Assembly (NCBI GenBank): GCA_003345545.1
Contig: PRDH01000019.1
Span: 1 to 64,000 of the forward strand
From: Candidatus Thorarchaeota archaeon
Lineage (GTDB): Archaea > Asgardarchaeota > Thorarchaeia > Thorarchaeales > Thorarchaeaceae
Direction: 5' to 3'
DNA length: 64,000 nucleotides
The notes beneath the pieces are model-generated. The model saw only the letters and a program-made list of their open reading frames with translations. It searched no databases and had not been told where the DNA came from. This document shows positions 1 through 9,366 of the stretch, piece by piece (positions within the stretch are counted from its first letter, which is position 1; each line of letters begins with the position of its first letter). The position numbers and the translations under genes are program-made.

Positions 1-202
1 CTATAGCAGATCCGATGAGCACTGCCCAGACGCCGAAGAACGGTCCCAACAAGAATCCCATAATGGGTGCCGATACGAGTCCAAATGAGATTGTGGCTCC
101 TCCCCCGACACTGATAGAGAAAGGGATAAGCGTAATCACGAGATGTACAGCAGCGAAGATGCCTAGGAGTGCCATTTCACGTACTCCAAAACGCAGTCTC
201 AT
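1..202 (-). CDS. ECF transporter S-component-like membrane protein (5' part; runs off window start)
   Basis: Manual translation of the minus strand from ATG 202 (alternative ATG 232): MRLRFGVREMALLGIFAAVHLVITLIPFSISVGGGATISFGLVSAPIMGFLLGPFFGVWAVLIGSAI. The A-x-x-x-A first helix and G-x-LLGP-x-x-G pattern are typical of S components. Not in the ORF track. Confidence 0.7.
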   Translation of the reverse strand, partial: MRLRFGVREMALLGIFAAVHLVITLIPFSISVGGGATISFGLVSAPIMGFLLGPFFGVWAVLIGSAI

Positions 203-543
203 CGACCTGAAAGATACGTACACTCTAAACATGATTATTCTCGCTCCTTCTTCTAGCGCTGTTCAGCAGACCATATCGGCACTATGGGCATTGATTCGCC
301 ATTGTAAACGGATATTTGAAGATGTTCGGACCGTTGAAACGAAGCCAACTGCTCATCTTTGAGCATATTCACTCACTTCTCACTGGAAGGAAGCCTAGAG
401 ATGAATCCGTCCGGGCAATACTCGCATCACAAATCGCTCGTAGTGTGCTTTCGAGCATTCATGAGGATGATTGTCGAAGGCTCGACTACTAGAGGCATCT
501 ATGAATGCCAAGTCAAATTTGAGGGGAGTCACAATGGTAGGAC

Positions 544-1470
544 TTAGCTACTTGAGGATGCCGCAATCCAGAAGAACAAACCGCCCAAGATCCAAACGAA
601 AAGACCTGCACCTAGTAGAACTCCAAGCGTAGCTCCCATGCCGGATGAGCCAAAATTCACATGCATGTTTGTGAAGCTCTTGAAGCCTCCGACATATTTC
701 GTTTCATAGTCGCAGTGAAATTCCTTGTCAGTAACTGCTCCGCATATCTCACAGACATATCTATTCTGAAAGACTGCTCCGAGAACGCTGTCAACATTGC
801 AGCCTATGAAGCCAGTCAATACAGTCAGAGGTATGAGAAAGTAGACTTGGTCAACTGCTGTGACTGCTGGTACCCAGCCAGGGGCAAAGACTGAGAAGAG
901 AACTGCAATTACTCCAATCGTAAGACCTGCCAGAATGGCAACAGCCTCACCAAGCAAGGAAACTCCGCCAATCGTACCAGTCGGTACCTTCCTTCGAAGA
1001 TTAGTGATCAATCTCGGCTTGCTCCTGCTGAAGACTCCTAATTCGCTAGCTAGGGTATCCGCGGCTGTAGTTGATACTGCTCCGATATAACCACCGAAGA
1101 GAAAGAACGGCCAACCTGCAGCCGCCAAGTCTGGGACGAGACTGGCAAGGTACATAGCAACCGAGAACATCATAGGAATGAGTCCGCTTCCGAAGACGTT
1201 TTTCCATGATCTCTTGCCTTTTCCTTCTTGAGCACAGTTCCTCTGCATCTTTGCCTTGTACTTATATTTAGTAGCAATCCCTGCGCTCAGGAAATAGAAG
1301 AGCACAATTACGAACGCCGAAACGCCACCAGTGTACCAGATGGTGAATCCCACAATGAAGGCACTGATGAGTCCAGAAATATCGACAAAGTGGAGCTTAT
1401 AGGCCAAGGCCCCGAAAGCACCCATCACCAATAGTCCGGAAACGGCCGGATGCGCAAGTATCTCAAACAT
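544..1470 (-). CDS. DUF92/TMEM19-family integral membrane protein
   Basis: Multi-TM protein with motifs RSWKNVFGSG, ADTLASELG, VPTGTIGGVSLLG, DSVLGAVFQ and a CxxC..HC loop. Confidence 0.9.
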   Translation of the reverse strand: MFEILAHPAVSGLLVMGAFGALAYKLHFVDISGLISAFIVGFTIWYTGGVSAFVIVLFYFLSAGIATKYKYKAKMQRNCAQEGKGKRSWKNVFGSGLIPMMFSVAMYLASLVPDLAAAGWPFFLFGGYIGAVSTTAADTLASELGVFSRSKPRLITNLRRKVPTGTIGGVSLLGEAVAILAGLTIGVIAVLFSVFAPGWVPAVTAVDQVYFLIPLTVLTGFIGCNVDSVLGAVFQNRYVCEICGAVTDKEFHCDYETKYVGGFKSFTNMHVNFGSSGMGATLGVLLGAGLFVWILGGLFFWIAASSSS

Positions 1471-1814
1471 TCATTTCACATCCATGAATCATCATTAGCT
1501 CAAGCTTTGGTAATGTCATTGCGGTCTAGTTCGAATGTTCTATGAGCATATATCATAACCTAATCTACACCAGATTAACACTCTGCCGTTCCGATTTTGC
1601 ATTTATAGCTTTGCCTTAGGTATTGCTCTCCTGCAGCTTATCTTCGTCAATATGATGCCTTTCATGAATAATTCGGCACTAGACGAATAATGAATTTTCG
1701 ATGTTTATATCGGCAACTGTCGAAATCACCCTTTTCCGGGCGTTGTTTTTTTGTGCTCACCCTCTGCCAAACAGAGGATTATGAATATCAATGGTCGTGA
1801 AATCATACGGCCAC

Positions 1815-4800
1815 CTAATAGACTGTGAACTGCTTCTTCACTATGTCTACCGCACGATTTGGAAGCGGACGACCGTGCTGCGAGATGACTGCATCTAGGT
1901 AGTACCCTGACACAACATCGATCGGTGGAGTCAGCCATCTCACAGTCATTGTGTTCTTCTCTCCGCTAGGTAGACGGATTTCAAACTCCTTGACAATCTC
2001 ACGTCTTGACATCACTCTGAGATTGACTCTCAGGTCCTCCAAATCCTCTCTCGCGCTCTCCACATCCACGACAATATCGACTGGAGTGAGTCTAGCAACA
2101 AGACCCGGAATCTCATCACCTGTTTCGCTCTTTATTGAAAAGCCGACCTTGAAGAATGGCTTTTCGATAGCCTTGACCTTAAATCGTTGGCTATTCTCAT
2201 TCGATTGTGTGCCACAAGTTAGGCTCGCCTTCAGGTGTGCCGTACTCATTTCCGCACCGAGAGGTACTCTGAACTGGACTGGAATCATTTTTGCCTTTTC
2301 AGGTTCTAGGTTGATGTTTCTCTCAATCAGGCTGAAGTTACCAGCAATTGATTCAAGGCTGACTGAAAGACTGCAATCTGTTGGTTCTATTGGGCCGCCC
2401 TGGATTTGTATTGTCATCTGAACCATTTGGTCAGGTAGAGTGTAACTGGGAAGCCCGATGAACTCGATCGCCGCAAAACCTGCTGAGGGACCACCAACGA
2501 TGTCTATTGTTGCCGAACGCCTATCCATCTCCATATCTGCATAGCTGAGGATTGCAACAAGCGAAACCGTCTTTGGGTTTGTGGATGACTCCGGAGCTGG
2601 AACTGTGATGGGACCGAAGGCCAATGATAGGTTCTTGCTCTGCTTTACAGGCTGTCGAAGGACCATGTGCTCCTCGCCATCAGGAAAGACGAATGATAAT
2701 GAGAGAACAGCAGGATCTCCCTGCTCCGTGTTCCTCCGGATTCGTAACCATCCTGACACTTTACCTCCGATGTGAGAACGTTGGGGAACTCGAAGTGAGT
2801 CTAGATTGATGCGAGTCGCAACCTCGTCTATGCTGAATCTGTCTGACTCGACCGATGCCATGATACCTCCCCTCTCAATTACACGAATGCGAATTACGCC
2901 AACTCTGTCCGACTGAGTCATTTTCTCCACATGAGGGACTCTCCACTGAAAAGTCGCTGTTGTGCCCATGAACTCCCCGAATTGCAGGCTCTCAATTTCA
3001 GTCGACTTCTCTGATTCTGAATAGAAGTCAACAATCATCGTTGCTGATGTCCCAATCACCTTGCTCCTATCACTTACGACTACACTCCCCGTCACGAATT
3101 CGCCGGGCACGTAGCTGCTTTTCAAATCTGACTCTAGGACGGCTTGCGGCCCCCTTCTCACAAATCCCACGTAGAAGGGCTTTGATGTTCCTTCAGCTAT
3201 TTCCATATTCTCTTCGTTGAGCAAGCGTATCTGGAGAACACATCTCTCAACACCTTCAGCCGCATCAGGTGGAATCATCAGAGGCGGGAGGTGTGAACTC
3301 TCAAGGACTGTGGTTTCTCCTCCCTCAATCTCAAGCATCTCTCTAGTTCCGACAATGACGCGCTCGAGATTGGGGGCAAGTACATTGACTTGACAGCTGA
3401 CGAGTGATTTTGAAGGATAGTTGGTTTCGATCTCTCCGACAAAGAGAACAGGCGTCTTGCCATCTGCAAACTGAGTTGTCGTGCCTGGTTTGATTGATGC
3501 ACTCATCCAATATGTGTTGATGGTGCTAGTAAAACTGATCTGACGACCTGCAAAACCCACATCTGCAATCACGTTATAGGCAGTCGTGTCCTTTCGAGTT
3601 CTGAAGACAACCTGAGAAACATGTATTTCTCCAGCTTCAATGCTGTCGATTGTCAGAACATTACCATCCACAGTATTCCTGTGAGAGTCTTCTATTGAGT
3701 ATTTCACAGTCAGGTTCTCGAGACTTCTACCAGTACTGTTGCGAACGAGGATATTGAATTGTGCGTCTTGCCCCGCGAATGCTCTATCGGCGTCTATGAC
3801 GATCTCAGGTTCAAGGCCCTTCCACCAACACAGCCACGTAGGAAGATGTGGAGTTCCTTCAATCGGATCATAGAGCCAGTTGGTGCAACACTCCCTCGTG
3901 ACCTCTGCCAGACGTTTTAAAAGTGCAACCATATTGAAATCGGACTTTGCATAGACATCAAGCTGAAAGTCTGCCTCAGTTGTCCTCGGGTTTACATACT
4001 CACTTCCAAATATCGAAACAAGCAATGCCTGAATGAATGGATTCTCAATAACCTTGAGGTCGTCCAGCTCATCGCGGATCAGGTAGAGCATCGAGACAAT
4101 TGCATCTCCAATGTATCTGTTCCGTCGTGTTTCGTCAATAATTCCTGAGTCAGACACTTGGTGATTGTAGATTGTAAGGAATTCACCTCCACCCTCTCCC
4201 GGCTTGAATGGACCCCATAGTCCGGCAGCCACTGCGGATGCTCTATTCGCGCTAAGTGATTTTGCGCCAACATCTGGGACTATCTTGCCTTGATTGACCA
4301 TGCGCTTAGCTTTCAGAGCAAGAGCCTGAAGGATTAGTGCGAGTCCCATCCTTCTGGGAATACTCAACTGAGTATCGAACACTCGGAGTTCAATCGTTCC
4401 GTAATCCGTGTAGGGATAACAGTCCACCATCCTTGCATAGCTTCTGTTTACATGCTTAGCAAATGCTTCCTTATCAGCTGCCTTGACGTATGGAATCATT
4501 TCGAATTCGTTTGTTGGACCCATTTGTGTTGTGTTCTTGAAGAGTCTAATCGACCTCTTGCAACGAGGTGCACGGACCACGCCCTTATCATCCATTGTTA
4601 TTTCGTCACTCGTTTTCTTGTTTTCGAATGGCGAGTTCACTGATAGTGCTATGAGATGTGGAATGAAGTTCCGTATCATGTTATAGACAGCGATTTTGGT
4701 GGTTTCATCAACTTCCGGGCTGAGAATGTGATGATGCTCACCAAATGACAGATTGCGCAGGTACTCCTGTGTGGGATTCAGGCCAGTTGATATGAGAATC

Positions 4801-5240
4801 GCTTGGGAGTCCTTGGGTAGTGACTCATATGAGATAGCTATCAGTGTCTGTACCCACCATGCGAGCTCTTCGAGTGTCGTGCATGGAGGCGTTGCGACTT
4901 CGAGAATCCAGGTCAAGCTGACAACGTTCGGGTCATGTCCTAGGAGAGTGTATTCTCTTAGTTGTCCTGCGGGATCCTTATACGTGGCAACTATTCGTGA
5001 ACCTCGTTCTCCTTCTTCTGTCTGCGCCGAATGATCGTATTTCTGTCTGACAGTTTCCACTGATGAAGACCTGATTTTCTTGTCAAGAAGCCCCTTTGCG
5101 CTCGCGACTATCTTGTCGAACAAATCTAAGATGTCTTCTCCACGAATCCAAGTACCATCTTTGCGAATGACTTGGAGCTCGACCTCTATGCCATGAGGAA
5201 AGGGCAACTGCATCTCTGAATCATTTGAGGTCGGGATCAT
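1815..5240 (-). CDS. Glutamate-cysteine ligase family 2 (GCS2/YbdK-like) carboxylate-amine ligase fused to multiple C-terminal Ig/arrestin-like beta-sandwich domains
   Basis: N-terminal ~475 aa carry GIEVELQ, LEVATPP, GEHHH, PHLIALSVNSPF, SIR and YGTIELRVFD. The C-terminal ~660 aa are repeated beta-rich modules. ATG 5240 follows an AGGTGG RBS (track start is GTG 5249). Confidence 0.8.
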   Translation of the reverse strand: MIPTSNDSEMQLPFPHGIEVELQVIRKDGTWIRGEDILDLFDKIVASAKGLLDKKIRSSSVETVRQKYDHSAQTEEGERGSRIVATYKDPAGQLREYTLLGHDPNVVSLTWILEVATPPCTTLEELAWWVQTLIAISYESLPKDSQAILISTGLNPTQEYLRNLSFGEHHHILSPEVDETTKIAVYNMIRNFIPHLIALSVNSPFENKKTSDEITMDDKGVVRAPRCKRSIRLFKNTTQMGPTNEFEMIPYVKAADKEAFAKHVNRSYARMVDCYPYTDYGTIELRVFDTQLSIPRRMGLALILQALALKAKRMVNQGKIVPDVGAKSLSANRASAVAAGLWGPFKPGEGGGEFLTIYNHQVSDSGIIDETRRNRYIGDAIVSMLYLIRDELDDLKVIENPFIQALLVSIFGSEYVNPRTTEADFQLDVYAKSDFNMVALLKRLAEVTRECCTNWLYDPIEGTPHLPTWLCWWKGLEPEIVIDADRAFAGQDAQFNILVRNSTGRSLENLTVKYSIEDSHRNTVDGNVLTIDSIEAGEIHVSQVVFRTRKDTTAYNVIADVGFAGRQISFTSTINTYWMSASIKPGTTTQFADGKTPVLFVGEIETNYPSKSLVSCQVNVLAPNLERVIVGTREMLEIEGGETTVLESSHLPPLMIPPDAAEGVERCVLQIRLLNEENMEIAEGTSKPFYVGFVRRGPQAVLESDLKSSYVPGEFVTGSVVVSDRSKVIGTSATMIVDFYSESEKSTEIESLQFGEFMGTTATFQWRVPHVEKMTQSDRVGVIRIRVIERGGIMASVESDRFSIDEVATRINLDSLRVPQRSHIGGKVSGWLRIRRNTEQGDPAVLSLSFVFPDGEEHMVLRQPVKQSKNLSLAFGPITVPAPESSTNPKTVSLVAILSYADMEMDRRSATIDIVGGPSAGFAAIEFIGLPSYTLPDQMVQMTIQIQGGPIEPTDCSLSVSLESIAGNFSLIERNINLEPEKAKMIPVQFRVPLGAEMSTAHLKASLTCGTQSNENSQRFKVKAIEKPFFKVGFSIKSETGDEIPGLVARLTPVDIVVDVESAREDLEDLRVNLRVMSRREIVKEFEIRLPSGEKNTMTVRWLTPPIDVVSGYYLDAVISQHGRPLPNRAVDIVKKQFTVY

Positions 5241-5249
5241 TCCTACCAC

Positions 5250-5921
5250 CTAGAGGGTCGTGATGGTTTCGAGAATTTCGGCAATCTTTGGTACATTCCC
5301 TGCAAGTGTTGAGGAGAGTGTCATTTCTAGGACCACCACATTTTCAGCCTCCCTTGCCAATTCAGTCAGCTTGTATGTGAGCAATCCTCCCCCGAATTCA
5401 CCATCATCATCAAGCACTTGGAGGTTCAGCTCTCTGAGCTTCTCCTTGAAAGTCGATATCTCTCTCGGACTACCATGTTTGTATCTTGTTCCTAGGATTA
5501 CTGCTCTGTTGCTATCTATGACGGTAGGTAATGGCGACCACCTCAGATTGATTATTAGTTGGGATGTCTTGAGTTTGAGTTGTGCTCTGATGATTCTCAT
5601 GATGGAATCACACGTAGCCTGTGATTCGCTTCGGTCTGAGCCTTTTATGATGACTGGCAGTCTGAATCCTCTTCCTCTGAGGCTTTCAAACGCGTCGTGA
5701 ATTGGGTCTCCCTTGATGTCGGCGGTCAACGCACATACAATGCCAGTCGTTGAACCTTGGACGATGAGGACAGTCGTAGAGAAGTCATCCACTCGCAGGT
5801 TGCTTTCAATGGATTCCAAACTAGTGTGGAGATTGGATAGTCGCTGCAAGAGACTCCCAAGAATCTGCTCTGCTCTTTCTAGTTCTTGGAGAAGGACTGC
5901 TCCTTCACTAGCACTGGTCAT
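5250..5921 (-). CDS. Coiled-coil plus degenerate N-formylglutamate amidohydrolase (FGase)-like protein
   Basis: C-terminal half VILGTRY..GEFGGGLLT..VVVLEMTLS resembles the FGase pattern DIVLGTR..YxGGxIT..ALQIEI. The DxHS metal site appears replaced by NLRW. Its stop lies 9 nt before the ligase ATG. Confidence 0.45.
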   Translation of the reverse strand: MTSASEGAVLLQELERAEQILGSLLQRLSNLHTSLESIESNLRVDDFSTTVLIVQGSTTGIVCALTADIKGDPIHDAFESLRGRGFRLPVIIKGSDRSESQATCDSIMRIIRAQLKLKTSQLIINLRWSPLPTVIDSNRAVILGTRYKHGSPREISTFKEKLRELNLQVLDDDGEFGGGLLTYKLTELAREAENVVVLEMTLSSTLAGNVPKIAEILETITTL

Positions 5922-6014
5922 TGATAGGTTACCACTCTCTGAGTATTGCTCAACAAGCAACAGTTCCGCTCATTCGTTATTATCTTTCCTAGTTCAATGC
6001 AGTTCCAAGAAGGA

Positions 6015-6452
6015 CTAGGCATCTGCAATCAAACTCATCAACTCATCAATCTTTGCCCTAAGCTCCTTCAGACGATACCAAGTTGATTCTCGCCCACTTT
6101 GGTCTGCAAGTTTTCTCACAATGATATTGTAATCCACCCCAGCAAGATCACCCAACAATACGAGCGCACTCTTTGACTTGAAGTGAGACTCATTCACTCT
6201 ACCGTTTCTGAACCTAGTAATAAGAGGCTCAAGTGCTCGTTCTGCTGAATCAATCTCTATCAATGCACCGCGGTAGCTGCCCTTTGGATCCTTGATGGCA
6301 TACCCTCCGACCAATGGAGTCATTCCCATACCTAGTGAACCTTTCCCAATATCATCAAGTGTATCCATAGCATTCTGGAAGAACTGATCCCCGTCCCCTA
6401 GACACTTCTTGATTGCCCTCAAGATTCGAGGTCGTTCGATAGAGTCAATCAT
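6015..6452 (-). CDS. Hypothetical alpha-helical protein
   Basis: 145-aa ORF with an AAGGTGA RBS, co-oriented upstream of the ligase pair. Confidence 0.65.
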   Translation of the reverse strand: MIDSIERPRILRAIKKCLGDGDQFFQNAMDTLDDIGKGSLGMGMTPLVGGYAIKDPKGSYRGALIEIDSAERALEPLITRFRNGRVNESHFKSKSALVLLGDLAGVDYNIIVRKLADQSGRESTWYRLKELRAKIDELMSLIADA

Positions 6453-6477
6453 GAAATCACCTTAGTGAGAAGTGCAG

Positions 6478-6518
6478 AAAAAGGAAGTGGATACGGGTGC
6501 TTCAAGGGTCACACCCGT
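6478..6518 (-). terminator. Hairpin plus T-tract downstream of oppF
   Basis: ACGGGTG (6493-6499) / CACCCGT (6512-6518) inverted repeat followed on the minus strand by CTTCCTTTTT. Confidence 0.55.
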
Positions 6519-6528
6519 GGTTCGGATT

Positions 6529-7590
6529 CTATAATTGGACTTCTGGCAGCTCACCGGCGAAATGGCATGCTACGATATGTGCATCGCTGATGTTTCTGTC
6601 TTCGGGTATCTCCCTTACACAGATTTCCTGTGCGTATGGACATCTAGGGTGGAACCGACAGCCGGATGGCACATTGATAGGACTTGGAGGCTCGCCCTTC
6701 AAAGACTCGATACGTCGTTTGATGGTGGGGTCTCCAGAGGGCACTGCTGAAATCAATGCTCGAGTGTACGGATGCAGTGGACTGAAAGCCACATCGTGTG
6801 CTGGCCCCAACTCCATGATTCTCCCAAGATACATGATTCCAATTCTATCAGCAATATATGTTGCAACAGCCAGGTCGTGGGTGATAAACAGATACGTGAG
6901 TCCGAGCTCTTCACGCAGAGTCAACAACAGGTTCAGGATTTCTGCACGTATGGACACGTCAAGCATTGAAACTGGCTCATCAGCCACCATGAACTCAGGA
7001 TGCAGAATAAGCGCCCTGGCAACAGAGATTCTCTGTCTCTGTCCTCCAGATAGCTCATGGGGATACCTGTCAATATAGTCTTCGGCCGGAGTCAGGGCAA
7101 CGCTCTCCAGTGCTTCGAGGACTCTTTGGCGTCTCTGACTTGGCATCAGCGGTATCTTGTGAACCATAAGCGGCTCTTGCACTATGCTGAAGATGCTCTG
7201 CTTCGGGTTAAGGGATTCGTAGGGGTCTTGGAATGTAATCTGCATGCGCTTCCTGAGGTTCTTGATTTCATTTCTGTCAAGGGTCGCCAAGTTCTGACCT
7301 GCATAGAATACCTCACCATCCGTAGGAACCTCCAGGTGGAGAATGCATCTGCCTGTTGTAGTCTTCCCACAACCAGATTCTCCTGCCAGAACAAGTATCT
7401 CTCCTTTCTTGATGTCGAAAGTCACTCCATCGACTGCTTTCACAAAGAGCTCCTGCCTATACAGCATTGACGATAGGAAACCCGTATTGACTGCAAACCA
7501 TTTTCGCATGTTCCTGACGGCAATCAGAGTATTGCCATCCTTGACTTCCTCGGAACCCTGTAGAACTCTCGATTCATCTGTTGTCATCAT
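6529..7590 (-). CDS. oppF: Oligopeptide/dipeptide ABC transporter ATP-binding protein
   Basis: Walker A GESGCGKT, signature LSGGQRQR, Walker B VADEP, C-terminal oligo_HPY ([13 protein letters not shown]). Confidence 0.95.
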   Translation of the reverse strand: MMTTDESRVLQGSEEVKDGNTLIAVRNMRKWFAVNTGFLSSMLYRQELFVKAVDGVTFDIKKGEILVLAGESGCGKTTTGRCILHLEVPTDGEVFYAGQNLATLDRNEIKNLRKRMQITFQDPYESLNPKQSIFSIVQEPLMVHKIPLMPSQRRQRVLEALESVALTPAEDYIDRYPHELSGGQRQRISVARALILHPEFMVADEPVSMLDVSIRAEILNLLLTLREELGLTYLFITHDLAVATYIADRIGIMYLGRIMELGPAHDVAFSPLHPYTRALISAVPSGDPTIKRRIESLKGEPPSPINVPSGCRFHPRCPYAQEICVREIPEDRNISDAHIVACHFAGELPEVQL

Positions 7591-7593
7591 CTA

Positions 7594-8583
7594 TCACTCC
7601 AAGTCTATTTCAATCTCGCCTCTAAGCTGCTCAGCAAAGTGACAGGAAACAAACCTACCCGGTTCAACCTCCTGAGCTACCGGGTCATCCTTCGTGCAAA
7701 TGTCTTGCGCATATGGGCATCTAGGATGGAACCTGCAGCCCGTTGGAGGTGAGATTAGGTCTGGTGGAGACCCTGGAATCGAAGTGAGTTTCTTCTTTTC
7801 TGCCTTCACCATACTCGGGATTGCACCCACTAGTCCAGTGGCATATGGATGAATTGGGTCCTTGAATACTGATACGACATCAGCCAGCTCAACGATTTTG
7901 CCAGCATACATGACTGCGGTCTTATCACAGGTTTCGGCAATGACACTCAGGTCGTGTGTGATGAGAATGAGCGACAAGCCAAGATCTTTCTGGAGCTTCT
8001 GCATCAGCCTCAGAATCTGTGCCTGGATTGTGACGTCAAGTGCAGTGGTCGGTTCGTCAGCTATGACGAGATCGGGATTACAGGCAAGAGCCATAGCAAT
8101 CATGGCTCTTTGACGCATTCCTCCCGAAAACTCATGGGGATAGTTGTGAATGCGACCGGGGTCAAGACCAACCATCTCGAAGAGCTTAGCACAACGGTCT
8201 AGTGCCTCTTCCTCGGTCACGTTCTCATGCATGAGGATTGCTTCTGCAATCTGTTCTCCGATTTCAAATACGGGGTTCAGCGCATTCATGGCGCCTTGGA
8301 AGACGATAGCTACGTTCCTCCAACGGATGTCACGCATCTCCTTGGCGGTCTTGCGAATTAAGTCTTCACCCTTGAAGTACACGCTTCCACCAATGATATT
8401 TGCTGCAGGCGGGAGAAGTTGCATAACTGAATATGCCAAGCTTGACTTTCCACAACCACTCTCCCCAGCAAGTCCGATGGACTCACCAGGTTCCAGCGCC
8501 AGGGAAACGTTGTCGACTGCTTTTACAAGACCCTTCTGTGTTTGGTAGTACATCCTAAGATTACGAATGTCCAGCAAGGGCAT
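7594..8583 (-). CDS. oppD: Oligopeptide/dipeptide ABC transporter ATP-binding protein
   Basis: [37 protein letters not shown]. Start placed at ATG 8583 (MPLLDIRNL) after a GGAGTG RBS. Confidence 0.95.
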   Translation of the reverse strand: MPLLDIRNLRMYYQTQKGLVKAVDNVSLALEPGESIGLAGESGCGKSSLAYSVMQLLPPAANIIGGSVYFKGEDLIRKTAKEMRDIRWRNVAIVFQGAMNALNPVFEIGEQIAEAILMHENVTEEEALDRCAKLFEMVGLDPGRIHNYPHEFSGGMRQRAMIAMALACNPDLVIADEPTTALDVTIQAQILRLMQKLQKDLGLSLILITHDLSVIAETCDKTAVMYAGKIVELADVVSVFKDPIHPYATGLVGAIPSMVKAEKKKLTSIPGSPPDLISPPTGCRFHPRCPYAQDICTKDDPVAQEVEPGRFVSCHFAEQLRGEIEIDLE

Positions 8584-8854
8584 GATTGTACACTCCATCG
8601 AGCCAATAGTGGCCCTGGGCAGGGCATCCGCCTCGCCCTTCTTGGGGTACGCCTGCCATGAGGTCGGCTTAAATATGTTGCTTTCAAAGACATTCTTCCG
8701 AGGGTCGTCCGACAGCAGCAAACGCAATGGCATTAGAATAGAATCACAATAGTGAAGCTATTCTGATATCTACTATTGCCTTAGTGTGAGTCCAATAATA
8801 CGCTCGTTTAGAAAGAGTAAAAGCACTTCGATACGTAGTTGCCTCTGAATCAAG

Positions 8855-9175
8855 ATGTCTAGAATGGCAGTCAGATCCTTTCCAAGGACACACAATAAAC
8901 CCCCAAAATGGATTCTCCTAGTCCCCTTCATTCTCATGGTAGGTGGCTGGGCTATGACATTCGTCTACTTCCTCCAGTTCCTCGGAAGCATCATTGCCCT
9001 CACAGGAGCCCTGACCATATTCCTAGTAGGGGCAGTATATGCAGATCTTTGGGCCTCATATCGAAGGACGCAACAGCTAATCAAAGGCCGTCAAGAGGAA
9101 GGTCGTGTTACTTCTGCTGCTGCGGACATACCTCCAGCCGAAGATCCTTTTGAAGAAACCTTTGGTGAAGAGTAG
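8855..9175 (+). CDS. Small two-TM membrane protein
   Basis: Two hydrophobic segments followed by an acidic tail. Confidence 0.6.
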   Translation: MSRMAVRSFPRTHNKPPKWILLVPFILMVGGWAMTFVYFLQFLGSIIALTGALTIFLVGAVYADLWASYRRTQQLIKGRQEEGRVTSAAADIPPAEDPFEETFGEE

Positions 9176-9366
9176 TCCCAGCGAGCTGCGATGTAAACGG
9201 CAATGGCTTTCAAGGGAATTAATCGGGTACCCGAACCAATTCCTTTTTTAGGCAATCTTTCAGGGTCGTCATCACCTATACGAGACAAGAGGACTTCTCG
9301 GATTCATTGAACGAGTACAGATTCGCTCACTTGAATGCGATTCGTCCTACCAATGGAGGATGACAT

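Noticed and set aside
232-543. Riboswitch upstream of the ECF S-component gene
   Set aside because: I could not find TPP, FMN or cobalamin consensus motifs on the minus strand by eye; an Rfam scan would be needed to exclude it fully.
15-547. Plus-strand ORFs 15..362 and 359..547, and similar short antisense ORFs throughout the track
   Set aside because: They overlap better-supported genes on the other strand or lack motifs and RBS; treated as spurious.
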